Below, one piece after another: positions 32,856-42,147 of a stretch of 64,000 nucleotides of DNA. Position 1 is the first letter of the stretch. Each line of letters begins with the position of its first letter. This DNA is from Eubacteriales bacterium. Lineage in GTDB: Bacteria; Bacillota; Clostridia; Oscillospirales; CAG-272. The stretch lies in the NCBI GenBank assembly GCA_045612185.1, contig JAZKYO010000030.1, forward strand, positions 18,506 through 82,505, written 5' to 3'. A program made the position numbers and the translations under genes. The notes under the pieces were generated by a model, which saw only the letters and a program-made list of their open reading frames with translations, was not told the DNA's origin and did not search any database.

Positions 32856-33692
32856 TTAATCTTTTATCGAGTTTTGCTTTCTCCACGCACTTGGCGTACA
32901 GCCGCAATTCTTTTTGAAAGCTTTGGTAAAATAATTGGAATCCGAATATCCCGTCTTTTCGGCTACCGTCGACACCGACCAATCGGTTGACGCCAAAAGT
33001 TCTTTGGCTGTTTCCATTCTGGCGTCGCGGATATACTCTGTAATTCCCTTTCCGAATGCTGAGCGAGAGAGAAGGTAAAGACTGCTTTTGGACATTTTAA
33101 ATTCGCGGCACAGCCGTTTTATATCAAGCTCGTCGGCAATATGCCTGCGGACGTATTCTTTGAGCAGCACTTCGGCAGAGGTCTCTCTGAATTTTATCAG
33201 CTTTTTCATGTGCAGATACGATGCGCACATTTCCACAAGATTGCACATTGCATCAAGCTCCTCACGGCTTGTGTATTTCATTTTGTCAAGCATTTCGAGC
33301 ATGGTGACTCTTTTGCTTTCATCGGGGAAAAGATCAATATTTCGTTTTACTCTCTCATAATCTTCGCGCATAAGCTTTTGCCCCATCATAAGATATCCGA
33401 CAATCTGCCCGTCACATATTATTGGAGTAACGGTTTCGGTAAGTCCCATGTGACATTTGTAGGTATACACACGGGCAGTTTGGTTGGAGTGGAAAAACCC
33501 TTCTCTGTCTGACTCTATACACTTTTTATGGCACTCGGGACAGGTTCTTACAAGTGTGCAAAAAGAGCACATATTCATATTATCGCCATGGAGAATGTTG
33601 AAGTCCTTGTCATAAAGATCAAACTTAACCTTTGTTATCAGGTTAACGTCGTTTATCAAGATAGAGATTTCGTCCATATTAAAGCTTAACAT
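32856..33692 (-). CDS. AraC-family transcriptional regulator with N-terminal PocR-type sensory domain
   Basis: The PocR-like region is 'CSFCTLVRTCPECHKKCIESD...YTYKCHMGLTETVTPIICDGQIVGYLMMGQ'. The C-terminal AraC HTH is 'STVAEKTGYSDSNYFTKAFKKNCGCTPSAWRK'. Confidence 0.8.
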   Translation of the reverse strand: MLSFNMDEISILINDVNLITKVKFDLYDKDFNILHGDNMNMCSFCTLVRTCPECHKKCIESDREGFFHSNQTARVYTYKCHMGLTETVTPIICDGQIVGYLMMGQKLMREDYERVKRNIDLFPDESKRVTMLEMLDKMKYTSREELDAMCNLVEMCASYLHMKKLIKFRETSAEVLLKEYVRRHIADELDIKRLCREFKMSKSSLYLLSRSAFGKGITEYIRDARMETAKELLASTDWSVSTVAEKTGYSDSNYFTKAFKKNCGCTPSAWRKQNSIKD

Positions 33693-33705
33693 ACTCTTTT
33701 ACCTT

Positions 33706-33739
33706 CCAAAAATGCGCGTACATAAACTATACGCGCATT
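33706..33739 (-). terminator. terminator of the antiporter gene
   Basis: aatgcgcgta-cataaacta-tacgcgcatt, followed by U5. Confidence 0.8.
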
Positions 33740-33751
33740 GTATTAAAATAA

Positions 33752-35101
33752 TTATTCTTCTTTTTGTCTGTCGGGGTTAATAACCTTGGATGACTTTCTG
33801 TGCTCGGGCTTGATTTCTCCCGCTTTTGTAAGAGCCCATTTCGTAAGCATGGGGCCTACAAGCTCATATATGAGAACCGAGAAAAGCACTATATTTCTTA
33901 CAAGGCTTCCCTCTCCCTCACCAAGCTGTTGCGCGGTAACCGACATTCCAAGAGCCACTCCAGCTTGTGGAAGAAGGGTGATTCCAAGATATTTTACGAT
34001 ATTGTCATCGCATTTCACAGCCTTAGCACTGACATACGCGCCAAAATACTTTCCGAGGGAACGGAAAATAATATACACCACGCCAATACCCACGATGGCT
34101 ATATTAAGGAACACGTTAAGCTCAAGCTCTGCGCCGCTGATTACAAAGAACAGGATAAAGAGGGGGGTTGTCCATCTGTCCACTCTGTCCATAAGCTCCT
34201 CGGAGGACTCACAGAAATTGCAGAAAATTGTTCCAAGCATCATACAAGTGAGAAGCGAGGAAAAGCCGATATGTACTCTACCTATCTCAAACTTAAGCAT
34301 AGTCATCGCAACGGTAAGAATAACCGCAGTTATCGACACCGAAAGGCGTTTACTGCGAGAGTGGAAGAACTTTTCAGCCTGAGAAAGCAAGAATCCCATA
34401 ACCGCACCCAAAACAAGTGACAAAACAATTTCAAGAAGCGGATTTACTATTATTGAAACAAGGTCAAGCGAGGGAGTAATCATAACCCCGTCCGCTCCCA
34501 TAATAGGGGTAATGCCCTTTGCGATACCGAAGGATATTGCAAAAACAACAAGTCCTACCGCATCGTCTAGGGCTACGATTGGCAAAAGAATGTCGGTAAG
34601 CTTACCCTTTGCCTTATACTGACGCACAACCATCAGAGTAGCGGCAGGCGCGGTTGCGGTTGCGATTGCGCCAAGCGTTATAGCAACACCGACAGGAAGG
34701 ATTTCCTGACCGAGAATAAAGCTAAGTCCGATAAGCGCTATATCAACGAGGATTGTCGCAGTAATTGCCTGAAATATGGCGATTATAGTTGCCTGTTTTC
34801 CTATTTGTTTAAGCTGAGAGAGTCTGAACTCATTACCAATGGAAAATGCGATAAATCCAAGGGCAACGTCTGAGATAATACCAAAATGCTCAACGTATTC
34901 CATGGTATTAAAACCAAGACCGGTGATTCCCAGAAGTTCTCCAAGCTGTCCAAGACAAAACGGACCTATAAGGACGCCCGCAATAAGATAACCCGTTACA
35001 GCGGGAAGTCCCAAGGGCTTAATGATTCTAGTCATAAGAAGTCCGGCGAAAAGCGCGATAGCAACGCTTAACAAAATACTCAGTGAAGTTTCTAGTTCCA
35101 T
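33752..35101 (-). CDS. CPA2-type monovalent cation:proton antiporter (Na+/H+ exchanger family)
   Basis: The start is the ATG at 35101 (RBS GAAAGGAA). It is a polytopic membrane protein. The N-terminus 'LFAGLLMTRIIKPLGLPAVTGYLIAGVLIGPFCLG' is typical of Kef/NapA-like antiporters. Confidence 0.8.
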   Translation of the reverse strand: MELETSLSILLSVAIALFAGLLMTRIIKPLGLPAVTGYLIAGVLIGPFCLGQLGELLGITGLGFNTMEYVEHFGIISDVALGFIAFSIGNEFRLSQLKQIGKQATIIAIFQAITATILVDIALIGLSFILGQEILPVGVAITLGAIATATAPAATLMVVRQYKAKGKLTDILLPIVALDDAVGLVVFAISFGIAKGITPIMGADGVMITPSLDLVSIIVNPLLEIVLSLVLGAVMGFLLSQAEKFFHSRSKRLSVSITAVILTVAMTMLKFEIGRVHIGFSSLLTCMMLGTIFCNFCESSEELMDRVDRWTTPLFILFFVISGAELELNVFLNIAIVGIGVVYIIFRSLGKYFGAYVSAKAVKCDDNIVKYLGITLLPQAGVALGMSVTAQQLGEGEGSLVRNIVLFSVLIYELVGPMLTKWALTKAGEIKPEHRKSSKVINPDRQKEE

Positions 35102-35178
35102 AATATTCCTTTCAAGCCACAGCACGGCTAATACAAAAAATACTGCTCAAGCAAACCGGAGCCTGCGCAAACAGTAAT

Positions 35179-35207
35179 ATGATAACACTTTCGACACAAA
35201 ATGTCAA
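35179..35207 (-). promoter_or_regulatory. promoter of the CPA2 antiporter gene
   Basis: Minus strand reads TTGACA-17-TATCAT. It leaves a ~70-nt leader. Confidence 0.5.
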
Positions 35208-35253
35208 TACTTTTTCTAACAAAAAAGCCGCCCTTTAAAAGTTTATTTTTTAA

Positions 35254-35286
35254 CAAAAAATTGCGAAGAGTATAAACTCTTCGCAA
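35254..35286 (-). terminator. terminator of the UPF0340 gene
   Basis: ttgcgaagag-tataaa-ctcttcgcaa, followed by U7. Confidence 0.85.
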
Positions 35287-35294
35287 CTGTTGTT

Positions 35295-35843
35295 TTAAGT
35301 GTTTTCGGGATAGACCGCGCGAGCTCCGCCGATAAATTTGGGGCGCGTTCTCGCGCATATTATATTTGCCTCTCCGATTTTTTGAACCGAAAGTCTTACC
35401 GGTACGGCGACGCGCTTAAGGTGCATACCGATGAGCGTACCGCCGATATCTATTCCCGCTTCGGCGCGAATTTCTTCAACCGCCACCGGTGAGTTGAAGT
35501 TTTTGTACGCGGTTGTGGCGAAAGACCCGCCCGCTTTAGGCTGCGGAATTACAGTTACAGGCTCGTATCCTCTCGTTTTCGCACATTCTTCCTCGATAAT
35601 AATAGCGCGGTTAAGATGCTCGCAACACTGCGCGGCAAGGTAGATTCCCTTCTCCTTTAAAATCGGATAAATTTCCGAAAATACAGCTTCCGCTGACTCA
35701 AGGCTGGAATTTTTACCGATCTTACCACCAACGATTTCGGAAGACGAGCAACCGACAACGAGAATATCCCCTGCTTCAAGGGCAGCCGCGTCAATCAGTT
35801 CTCTTACGGCAATCCCCGCGTTTTTTCTGATTTCTTCAAACAT
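35295..35843 (-). CDS. UPF0340/TIGR01440-family protein (YwlG-like)
   Basis: The start is the ATG at 35843, after GGAGAGA. 'GDILVVGCSSSEIVGGKIG' and 'YLAAQCCEHLNRAIIIE' match my memory of the UPF0340 family. Confidence 0.6.
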   Translation of the reverse strand: MFEEIRKNAGIAVRELIDAAALEAGDILVVGCSSSEIVGGKIGKNSSLESAEAVFSEIYPILKEKGIYLAAQCCEHLNRAIIIEEECAKTRGYEPVTVIPQPKAGGSFATTAYKNFNSPVAVEEIRAEAGIDIGGTLIGMHLKRVAVPVRLSVQKIGEANIICARTRPKFIGGARAVYPENT

Positions 35844-35853
35844 ATTTCTCTCC

Positions 35854-35887
35854 AAAAAATTCAGGGGTTGCCGCTATGAGCAACCCC
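35854..35887 (-). terminator. terminator of the cmk-plsC-ispH/S1 operon
   Basis: ggggttgc-cgctatga-gcaacccc, followed by a U-run. Confidence 0.75.
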
Positions 35888-35896
35888 GATTTTCAA

Positions 35897-37927
35897 TTAC
35901 TCAGCAGTCTCCTCTGCAGCCTCTTCAGCTACAACTTCCTCTGTCTCGGGCATAGCCTCTTCCTCAGCCTGAGCCTCGTCAAGAAGGACCTTGATAGAAA
36001 GGCTTACCTTCTCCTTCTCATCATCAATCTCAGTGATCTTTACGTCAACTGTCTGACCGATTTCAAGAACGTCAGCGGGCTTAGCGATTCTTGTCTGCGC
36101 GATCTGAGAAATGTGGATAAGTCCGTCAACACCGTCGACGATTTCAGCAAATGCGCCGAAAGGCATCATGTTAACGATCTTAACGTTTACAACGTCACCG
36201 ACGTTGTATGTATTCTTGAAGATGTACCAGGGATTTGTATCCTCGGTCTTGTAGCCAAGAGAAATTCTCTTCTTCTCAGCGTCAAAGCTCTTTACGAATA
36301 CTGTAATCTCGTCGCCGATAGCAACTACTTCAGCGGGAGTCTTAATACGCTTCCAGGAAAGCTCGGTAGCGTGAACCATTCCGTCTACACCGCCAAGGTC
36401 AACAAACGCGCCGTAGCTTGTCATGCTCTTAACCTTACCTGTGTACTGCTTACCCTCTTCGATGCTTGCCCAGAACTCAGCCTCCTTAGCCTTGCGCTCC
36501 TCACGGAGAACGACACGGATAGAACCGATAGCCTTCTTAGCGTAGTCCTTGATCTCGATAACCTTAAGCTTAACGACTGTTCCCACAAGTGCTGTAAGAT
36601 CGCCGTCCTTCGGTACACCTGTCAAAGACGCGGGTACGAATACCTTTACAGAATCAACGAGAACGACAACGCCGCCCTTAACTGCCTCTGTAACCTTACC
36701 CTCAAGTACGTCACCTGTGTTGCAAGCCTCAACAATCTTGCCCCAGTTCTTGTCAGAGTCAACGCGCTTCTTGGAAAGCTCGGCAACTCCCTCGATGTCA
36801 CTTACGCGGATAACGAAAGCTTCAACTTCGTCTCCGACCTTGAACATCTCGGTCAGCTTAACAGAAGAATCATCTGTTATCTGCTCGGCCTTGATTACGC
36901 CTGTAACTTTAGTGCCAAGATCAAGCTGCAGATCTGCGTCTGTAACCTTGGTTACTATTCCGGTAACGGTGTCTCCTGTATTTAAAGTTTTGAATGTCTC
37001 CTCGAGCATTTGCGCAAAATTTTCTTGTTCGCTCATTTTTTTGTTTACCTCCTCTATTATGTCGCTTGGGGTTGAAGCTCCCGCGACAATTCCCACTTTT
37101 CCGTGGATGTTCGGCAAAAAGGCTTCAAGCTCTGCCGCTTCCTCAATCCAGAAAGTGTTTTCACAATTCCTCTTACATATAGATGCCAATTTAGCTGTGT
37201 TAGAGCTTTCTTTTCCGCCTATAACGATTACTGTATCACACTTTTCGGAAAGGGCGGCAGCCTCTCGCTGTCTTTTTTCCGTAACATTACATATTGTATC
37301 AAAAATTATCGGATTTGTACATAGGTTTTTGAGAAATTTTTGAGTTTTTTCCCACTCCACCAAATTAAAGGTCGTTTGAGCAGCTAAAATCGGCGTTTTT
37401 TTGTGCAAATTGACCAAACTGCCATTTTTTACCGCGTTCTCAAATTCTTCTTTTGAGCCAAAAATATACTTTTCTCCTGAAAAGTAGCTCATTATTCCGA
37501 TAACCTCCGGGTGACTTTCGCTCCCCATAAGAATAAAAATATTTTCTTTCGACGAGTGTTCCATTGCTATATTATGGATTTTTTTCACATATGGGCAAGT
37601 GCAGTCCTCGTAGGTGAAAAACTCGTTTTGCATATTGAGTTCACGGAGCTTTTCTTCCATATAAATCGGTACTCCGTGAGCACGAAGGAAAAGCTTGACG
37701 GGCGACTTGCTGTCGGCTTGGCTCGCAATTTTTTCAACATCAGAAAACTCCACGGCAAAAACCCCTTTTTCTTCAAGACGTTTATTGAACGTAGGGTTAT
37801 GAATAAGGTGCCCCAGAGTATATATTTTCTCTCCGCTTTCCTCGTTTATCGCGTTTTCAATTTTGTCGGCGGCTCTTTTTACGCCAAAGCAAAAGCCTGC
37901 GTTTTGCGCCACTGTTACTTTTTGCAT
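35897..37927 (-). CDS. ispH: bifunctional 4-hydroxy-3-methylbut-2-enyl diphosphate reductase (IspH) / ribosomal protein S1-domain fusion
   Basis: The N-terminal IspH region has 'AGFCFGVKRA' and 'GHLIHNP'. The C-terminal half contains four S1 repeats ('GDTVTGIVTKV', 'GDVLEGKVTEAVKGGV', 'GKQYTGKVKSMTSYGAFV', 'GDVVNVKIVNMMPFGAFA'). This is a known clostridial arrangement. Confidence 0.9.
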   Translation of the reverse strand: MQKVTVAQNAGFCFGVKRAADKIENAINEESGEKIYTLGHLIHNPTFNKRLEEKGVFAVEFSDVEKIASQADSKSPVKLFLRAHGVPIYMEEKLRELNMQNEFFTYEDCTCPYVKKIHNIAMEHSSKENIFILMGSESHPEVIGIMSYFSGEKYIFGSKEEFENAVKNGSLVNLHKKTPILAAQTTFNLVEWEKTQKFLKNLCTNPIIFDTICNVTEKRQREAAALSEKCDTVIVIGGKESSNTAKLASICKRNCENTFWIEEAAELEAFLPNIHGKVGIVAGASTPSDIIEEVNKKMSEQENFAQMLEETFKTLNTGDTVTGIVTKVTDADLQLDLGTKVTGVIKAEQITDDSSVKLTEMFKVGDEVEAFVIRVSDIEGVAELSKKRVDSDKNWGKIVEACNTGDVLEGKVTEAVKGGVVVLVDSVKVFVPASLTGVPKDGDLTALVGTVVKLKVIEIKDYAKKAIGSIRVVLREERKAKEAEFWASIEEGKQYTGKVKSMTSYGAFVDLGGVDGMVHATELSWKRIKTPAEVVAIGDEITVFVKSFDAEKKRISLGYKTEDTNPWYIFKNTYNVGDVVNVKIVNMMPFGAFAEIVDGVDGLIHISQIAQTRIAKPADVLEIGQTVDVKITEIDDEKEKVSLSIKVLLDEAQAEEEAMPETEEVVAEEAAEETAE

Positions 37928-38535
37928 TTTTCAAATTCCTCGCCGAGTTTACATACTTCATCAAAAATGATATTTGATATTCTGACGTATTCGCCAGTAC
38001 CGTCGGGGTCGTAGCCCAAATTTTCAAATTTTATGGGCTTGCCGATTATGACGGTAGTTCTTTTGAAAAGCCCATGCTTGTTTCCCTTGCAGTGGATATA
38101 TACCGGAAGCACGTCAACGCCCACTCGCGTCGCTATCATAGCCGCGCCGTTTTTAAGCTTGGTCTCACGCGGATTTTCTCCCGGGTGACGAGTTCCCTGT
38201 GGGAAAATACCTACTCTTTTGCCGTCCTCAAGGAGCGATATCGCTTTCTTGATTGCGCCAACGTCTTTTCCGCTTCGGTCTACGGGAAACGCGCCGAGAG
38301 TTCTGATAAGCCACGAAAGCACGGGAATTTTAAAGAGTTCTTTTTTTGCCATATAGCAAACCTGATGCTTCATGGCGGCACATATTACCACGGGATCGGA
38401 AGCCGAAATATGGTTTGAGCAGACAAGCGCCGCGCCGTCCTTGGGCTCGTTTTCCGCGCCTATTACTCTTATACCAAAAATGAGCTTTACTATACCGACG
38501 AAAAGGATATAGAAAAACCTGTAAACCTTGGTCAT
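37915..38535 (-). CDS. plsC: 1-acyl-sn-glycerol-3-phosphate acyltransferase
   Basis: The acyltransferase motif is 'NHISASDP' (HX4D) and motif III is 'IFPQGTR'. It overlaps both cmk and ispH by a few nt. Confidence 0.8.
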   Translation of the reverse strand: MTKVYRFFYILFVGIVKLIFGIRVIGAENEPKDGAALVCSNHISASDPVVICAAMKHQVCYMAKKELFKIPVLSWLIRTLGAFPVDRSGKDVGAIKKAISLLEDGKRVGIFPQGTRHPGENPRETKLKNGAAMIATRVGVDVLPVYIHCKGNKHGLFKRTTVIIGKPIKFENLGYDPDGTGEYVRISNIIFDEVCKLGEEFEKCKK

Positions 38536-39200
38536 ATATCTATCCTCTGCTTCGCTATTTCTATAATTTTGTCAAGCGTTTCTTCCATAGTAAGCTCGGA
38601 GTTATCAAGAATCACCGCGTCGTCCGCGGGAACTGCGGGAGCTACGTCACGGTTTTTATCGTTATTATCGCGCTCTATCATTTCCTTGAGAACATCCTCG
38701 TAACTTGCTTCCATTCCCTTCTCTTTAAGCTCCAGCACGCGGCGTTTTGCTCGGCACTCAACCGAGGCGGTAAGAAAGATTTTCACTTCAGCGTCGGGAA
38801 GAATTACAGTTCCTATATCTCTGCCGTCCATTACCACGTTATTTGCGCGGGCAACAGCCTTTTGTGTTTCAAGAAGGAACGCGCGGACCGCGGGAATTGC
38901 CGACACTGCCGAGGCATACATTGAGATTTCGGGCTCGCGTATTTTATCACCGAGGTTTTCGCCGTTGAGATAAACGCACTGAGTTCCGTTTTCATATTTC
39001 ACCTCAATTCCAATGTCCTTAAGGTGAGGCTCTACCTGCTCCGCCGATTTTGGATCTGCACCCACGGAACGAATATAGTAACCAACCGTACGGTAAAGAG
39101 CGCCCGTGTCAACGTATACTATTCCCATTTTCTTGGAAAGCGCCTTTGCGACGCTGCTTTTACCTGCGCCGCTGGGTCCGTCTATTGCTATTTTAAACAT
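38532..39200 (-). CDS. cmk: cytidylate kinase
   Basis: The P-loop is 'IAIDGPSGAGKSSVAK'. 'DTGALYR' and 'VMDGRDIGTVILPDA' are also present. Confidence 0.92.
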   Translation of the reverse strand: MFKIAIDGPSGAGKSSVAKALSKKMGIVYVDTGALYRTVGYYIRSVGADPKSAEQVEPHLKDIGIEVKYENGTQCVYLNGENLGDKIREPEISMYASAVSAIPAVRAFLLETQKAVARANNVVMDGRDIGTVILPDAEVKIFLTASVECRAKRRVLELKEKGMEASYEDVLKEMIERDNNDKNRDVAPAVPADDAVILDNSELTMEETLDKIIEIAKQRIDI

Positions 39201-39221
39201 AGAATTATCTCCTTTTAAATT

Positions 39222-40055
39222 TTAAATATGTAATATCATTCCGTCGTAGGAAACGAGGAATCCTTCTTTTGCCGCAATGGGCACAAACTCATCGTAAACC
39301 ACATTATAGCCGTTATGCGAAAAGTGGTGGCAAACAAATGTTGTATTTTCATCCGCGACACCCATTTCAAGCATACGCGCGCGAACCTTTACGTTTTCCG
39401 CAAAGCTCATATGTCCTATATAAGTCAATGGCTTGCAGGCGTTGGTACAGTCAAGCGATACCATATTGAAATACGGCTTTGTCTTTTCCCAATACTCCCA
39501 CACCGAGTCGTCAAAATAATTGGTATCGTTAGCGTAGAGTATTGTTTTTTCACCATCGGAAATCTGATAGAAAAGCGGTCCGGATTTAGGGTCGTGTATC
39601 GCTTTAAGCGGGGTCACCGTATACTCGCCTATCTTTTTAGGCTCGAAGGCTTTGACCTCCTCAAACGAAAGAATATTAAGCTCTCTCAGCTTATCGTTAA
39701 GCTGGGGCTCAATTGATTCGCCCACCTTATCCGAGCCGTAAATATTCATGTGCCACCCCTCGGGCAAATGAGAAAAGCCGGGCTTAAAATTAGCTAAGTC
39801 AACGGGGTGAAGATGGTCGTAATGGTTATGGGTAACTATGCAATCACTAACCTTTAAAAGATCTATACGCTGAGCGTGAATGTGTGCCATCGTATCCGCG
39901 GGAAAGTCGATAAGAAGCTTGCCGTCAACAATAGCCTGCGAGCGGGTTCTCAAAGCTCTTCCTCCGATTTCTCGCGAACGAATACAGTTTTCACAGTTAC
40001 AAACGAATGCGGGAATTCCTTCTGCCGCCGCTGTTCCAAGGTATTGAAATTTCAT
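39222..40055 (-). CDS. MBL-fold metallo-hydrolase, PhnP-like (paralog A)
   Basis: It has an N-terminal Cys cluster 'FVCNCENC' and the metal motif 'VTHNHYDH'. It is in tandem with a paralog 12 nt upstream. Confidence 0.7.
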   Translation of the reverse strand: MKFQYLGTAAAEGIPAFVCNCENCIRSREIGGRALRTRSQAIVDGKLLIDFPADTMAHIHAQRIDLLKVSDCIVTHNHYDHLHPVDLANFKPGFSHLPEGWHMNIYGSDKVGESIEPQLNDKLRELNILSFEEVKAFEPKKIGEYTVTPLKAIHDPKSGPLFYQISDGEKTILYANDTNYFDDSVWEYWEKTKPYFNMVSLDCTNACKPLTYIGHMSFAENVKVRARMLEMGVADENTTFVCHHFSHNGYNVVYDEFVPIAAKEGFLVSYDGMILHI

Positions 40056-40067
40056 AACTTTTCTCCT

Positions 40068-40886
40068 CTATACTTTTAATATTATTCCGTCATATGAGAC
40101 GATAAATCCGGTCTCCGCGGCTATGGGTACAAGGTCATCGTACAAACAATTTATCCCATTATGAGAGATATGTGTGCAAACGAACACCGTGTTTTCATCG
40201 GCAATTCCCATATCAATCATTCGTTCCCGAACCTTTATATTCTCCGCAAGCCCCATGTGACCGACGTAAGTCAAGGGCTTACACGCATTGGTGCAATCAA
40301 GCGTTACCAAGTCAAAGAAAGGCTTGGTCTTTTCCCAATACCCCCACACCGACTCGTGAAAATAGTTCGTATCTGTTCCGTAAAGCACGGTCTTTTTGCC
40401 GTCGCTTATTTGGTAAATAAGCGGTCCTGACTTGGCAGAGTGAATTGCTTTCAACGGAGTTACGGTATAACATCCAACCTTTTTGGGAACAAACTCTTGC
40501 GCCCGATCAAAGGAAAAGATATTCTGGTCAAGACAGCGGGCAAACGCCTCGCCGACTATATCCGAACCGTGAAAGGTTATATGCCAATCCTTTGGCGTGT
40601 GTATGTGTGTGGGACGAAAATTTTCAAGCTCAATCGGTGAAAAATGATCGTAGTGGCTATGGGTAACGAGGCAGTCGCTTACCCCCGACAAATCTACGTT
40701 ACAAAAATGAGAATGAGCCAAGGTGTCAGGTGGAAAATCTATAAGAAGCTTTCCATCTATCAACGCCTGAGCTCGCGTTCGGCAAGAACGCCCTCCGATT
40801 TTCCTTGCCTTTACACAATTTTCACAACAACACATAAGCGCGGGAATTCCCTCCGAGCCCCCTGTGCCAAGATATTGAATTTCCAT
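40068..40886 (-). CDS. MBL-fold metallo-hydrolase, PhnP-like (paralog B)
   Basis: It has the Cys cluster 'LMCCCENC' and the motif 'VTHSHYDH'. It is collinear with paralog A along its whole length. Confidence 0.7.
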   Translation of the reverse strand: MEIQYLGTGGSEGIPALMCCCENCVKARKIGGRSCRTRAQALIDGKLLIDFPPDTLAHSHFCNVDLSGVSDCLVTHSHYDHFSPIELENFRPTHIHTPKDWHITFHGSDIVGEAFARCLDQNIFSFDRAQEFVPKKVGCYTVTPLKAIHSAKSGPLIYQISDGKKTVLYGTDTNYFHESVWGYWEKTKPFFDLVTLDCTNACKPLTYVGHMGLAENIKVRERMIDMGIADENTVFVCTHISHNGINCLYDDLVPIAAETGFIVSYDGIILKV

Positions 40887-40899
40887 AATTCTCCTTTAC

Positions 40900-42147
40900 T
40901 TACCACTCGCCCACAGCGGCACTTTCACCAGCGACAACGGCAGTGGAAAAAGCTATTTGCAAGTTAAATCCACCCGTATACGCGTCCACGTCAAGCACCT
41001 CTCCCGCAAAATACAGACCTCCGATCCCCTTTGCCTGCATAGTACTTGGAACAATTTGCTTTACGTCAACACCGCCCTTGGTAATTATAGCCTCATTTAT
41101 TGGGCGGAAGCCGTCAAGGCTTATACGGAGACACTTAATAATTTCGGCAAGTCTCTGTCTTTCCTCGCGGGTAACCGAGTTAACCTTTTTATGTGGATCG
41201 ATACCCGACAAATCAATCACCACGCTTATCATCTTTTGCGGCAAAAGCTCGCCAAGCGAGTTTGCGAAATCCTTATTGGCAAATTTTGTAAAATCGTTCA
41301 AAAGCCTATTATCCAGCGTTTTCATATCAAGCGCGGGCTTAAGGTCTATATGCGCCTCGTAGCTTGACGAATTAATATCGGGAATATGAGCCGAAGCCGA
41401 GAGAACAAGCGGTCCCGTTACGCCGAAGTGGGTAAACATCATTTCGCCAAAGTCCTCATACACGGTTTTCCCATTAGTTTTATTTACTATTTTAAGTGCC
41501 ACGTTGCGGAGGGAGAGCCCCTGCATTCTTGGGCAAATCTTACTGCTTGAAACTATGGGAACAAGCGATGGCACAAGCTCTGTAACCTTTAAGCCAAGCT
41601 GCTTGGCGAATCGGTAACCGTCACCGTCAGAGCCGGTTTGTTTATAAGACATTCCGCCCGTAGCCACTACAACGGCATCGGCAAGATACTGTGACTTCTC
41701 GCTGACGACGCCAACAACCGCGCCGTTTTCAACAAGCAAGGATTTTATTTTCTCGTACACGATTGAAACTCCGCTTTCGCGGCAGCCGCGCGCAAGGGCG
41801 TCAACTATATCCTGCGCCTTATCAGACACAGGAAACACGCGTTTTCCTCGCTCTGTTTTAAGCGGCACGCCAAGCGACTCGAAAAACTCCTTGGTGTCCT
41901 CTGTGGAAAATCTGTTAAGCGCACCGTAAAGAAAGCGCGGATTTGTAGGCACATTTTTCAAAAACTCCTGCGTATCGCAGTCGTTGGTAAGATTACATCT
42001 CCCCTTGCCCGTTATTCTCAACTTTTTGCCAAGTCTGTCGTTCTTCTCAAAAAGCGTAACGTCCGCACCGTATCTCGCGGCGCTTATTGCCGCCATCATA
42101 CCTGCGGCGCCTCCGCCTATTACTATTACACTACGGTTATCACTCAT
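40900..42147 (-). CDS. HI0933/YhiN-family NAD(P)/FAD-dependent oxidoreductase
   Basis: I chose the ATG at 42147 ('MSDNRSVIVIGGGAAGMMAAI'). This removes the apparent 50-nt overlap with the upstream regulator gene. The family hallmark 'KLRITGKGRCNLTN' is present. Confidence 0.8.
   Translation of the reverse strand: MSDNRSVIVIGGGAAGMMAAISAARYGADVTLFEKNDRLGKKLRITGKGRCNLTNDCDTQEFLKNVPTNPRFLYGALNRFSTEDTKEFFESLGVPLKTERGKRVFPVSDKAQDIVDALARGCRESGVSIVYEKIKSLLVENGAVVGVVSEKSQYLADAVVVATGGMSYKQTGSDGDGYRFAKQLGLKVTELVPSLVPIVSSSKICPRMQGLSLRNVALKIVNKTNGKTVYEDFGEMMFTHFGVTGPLVLSASAHIPDINSSSYEAHIDLKPALDMKTLDNRLLNDFTKFANKDFANSLGELLPQKMISVVIDLSGIDPHKKVNSVTREERQRLAEIIKCLRISLDGFRPINEAIITKGGVDVKQIVPSTMQAKGIGGLYFAGEVLDVDAYTGGFNLQIAFSTAVVAGESAAVGEW

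Noticed and set aside
35897-37927. IspH-ribosomal protein S1 fusion as a novelty
   Set aside because: This fusion and its position after cmk and plsC is a known, widespread clostridial arrangement.
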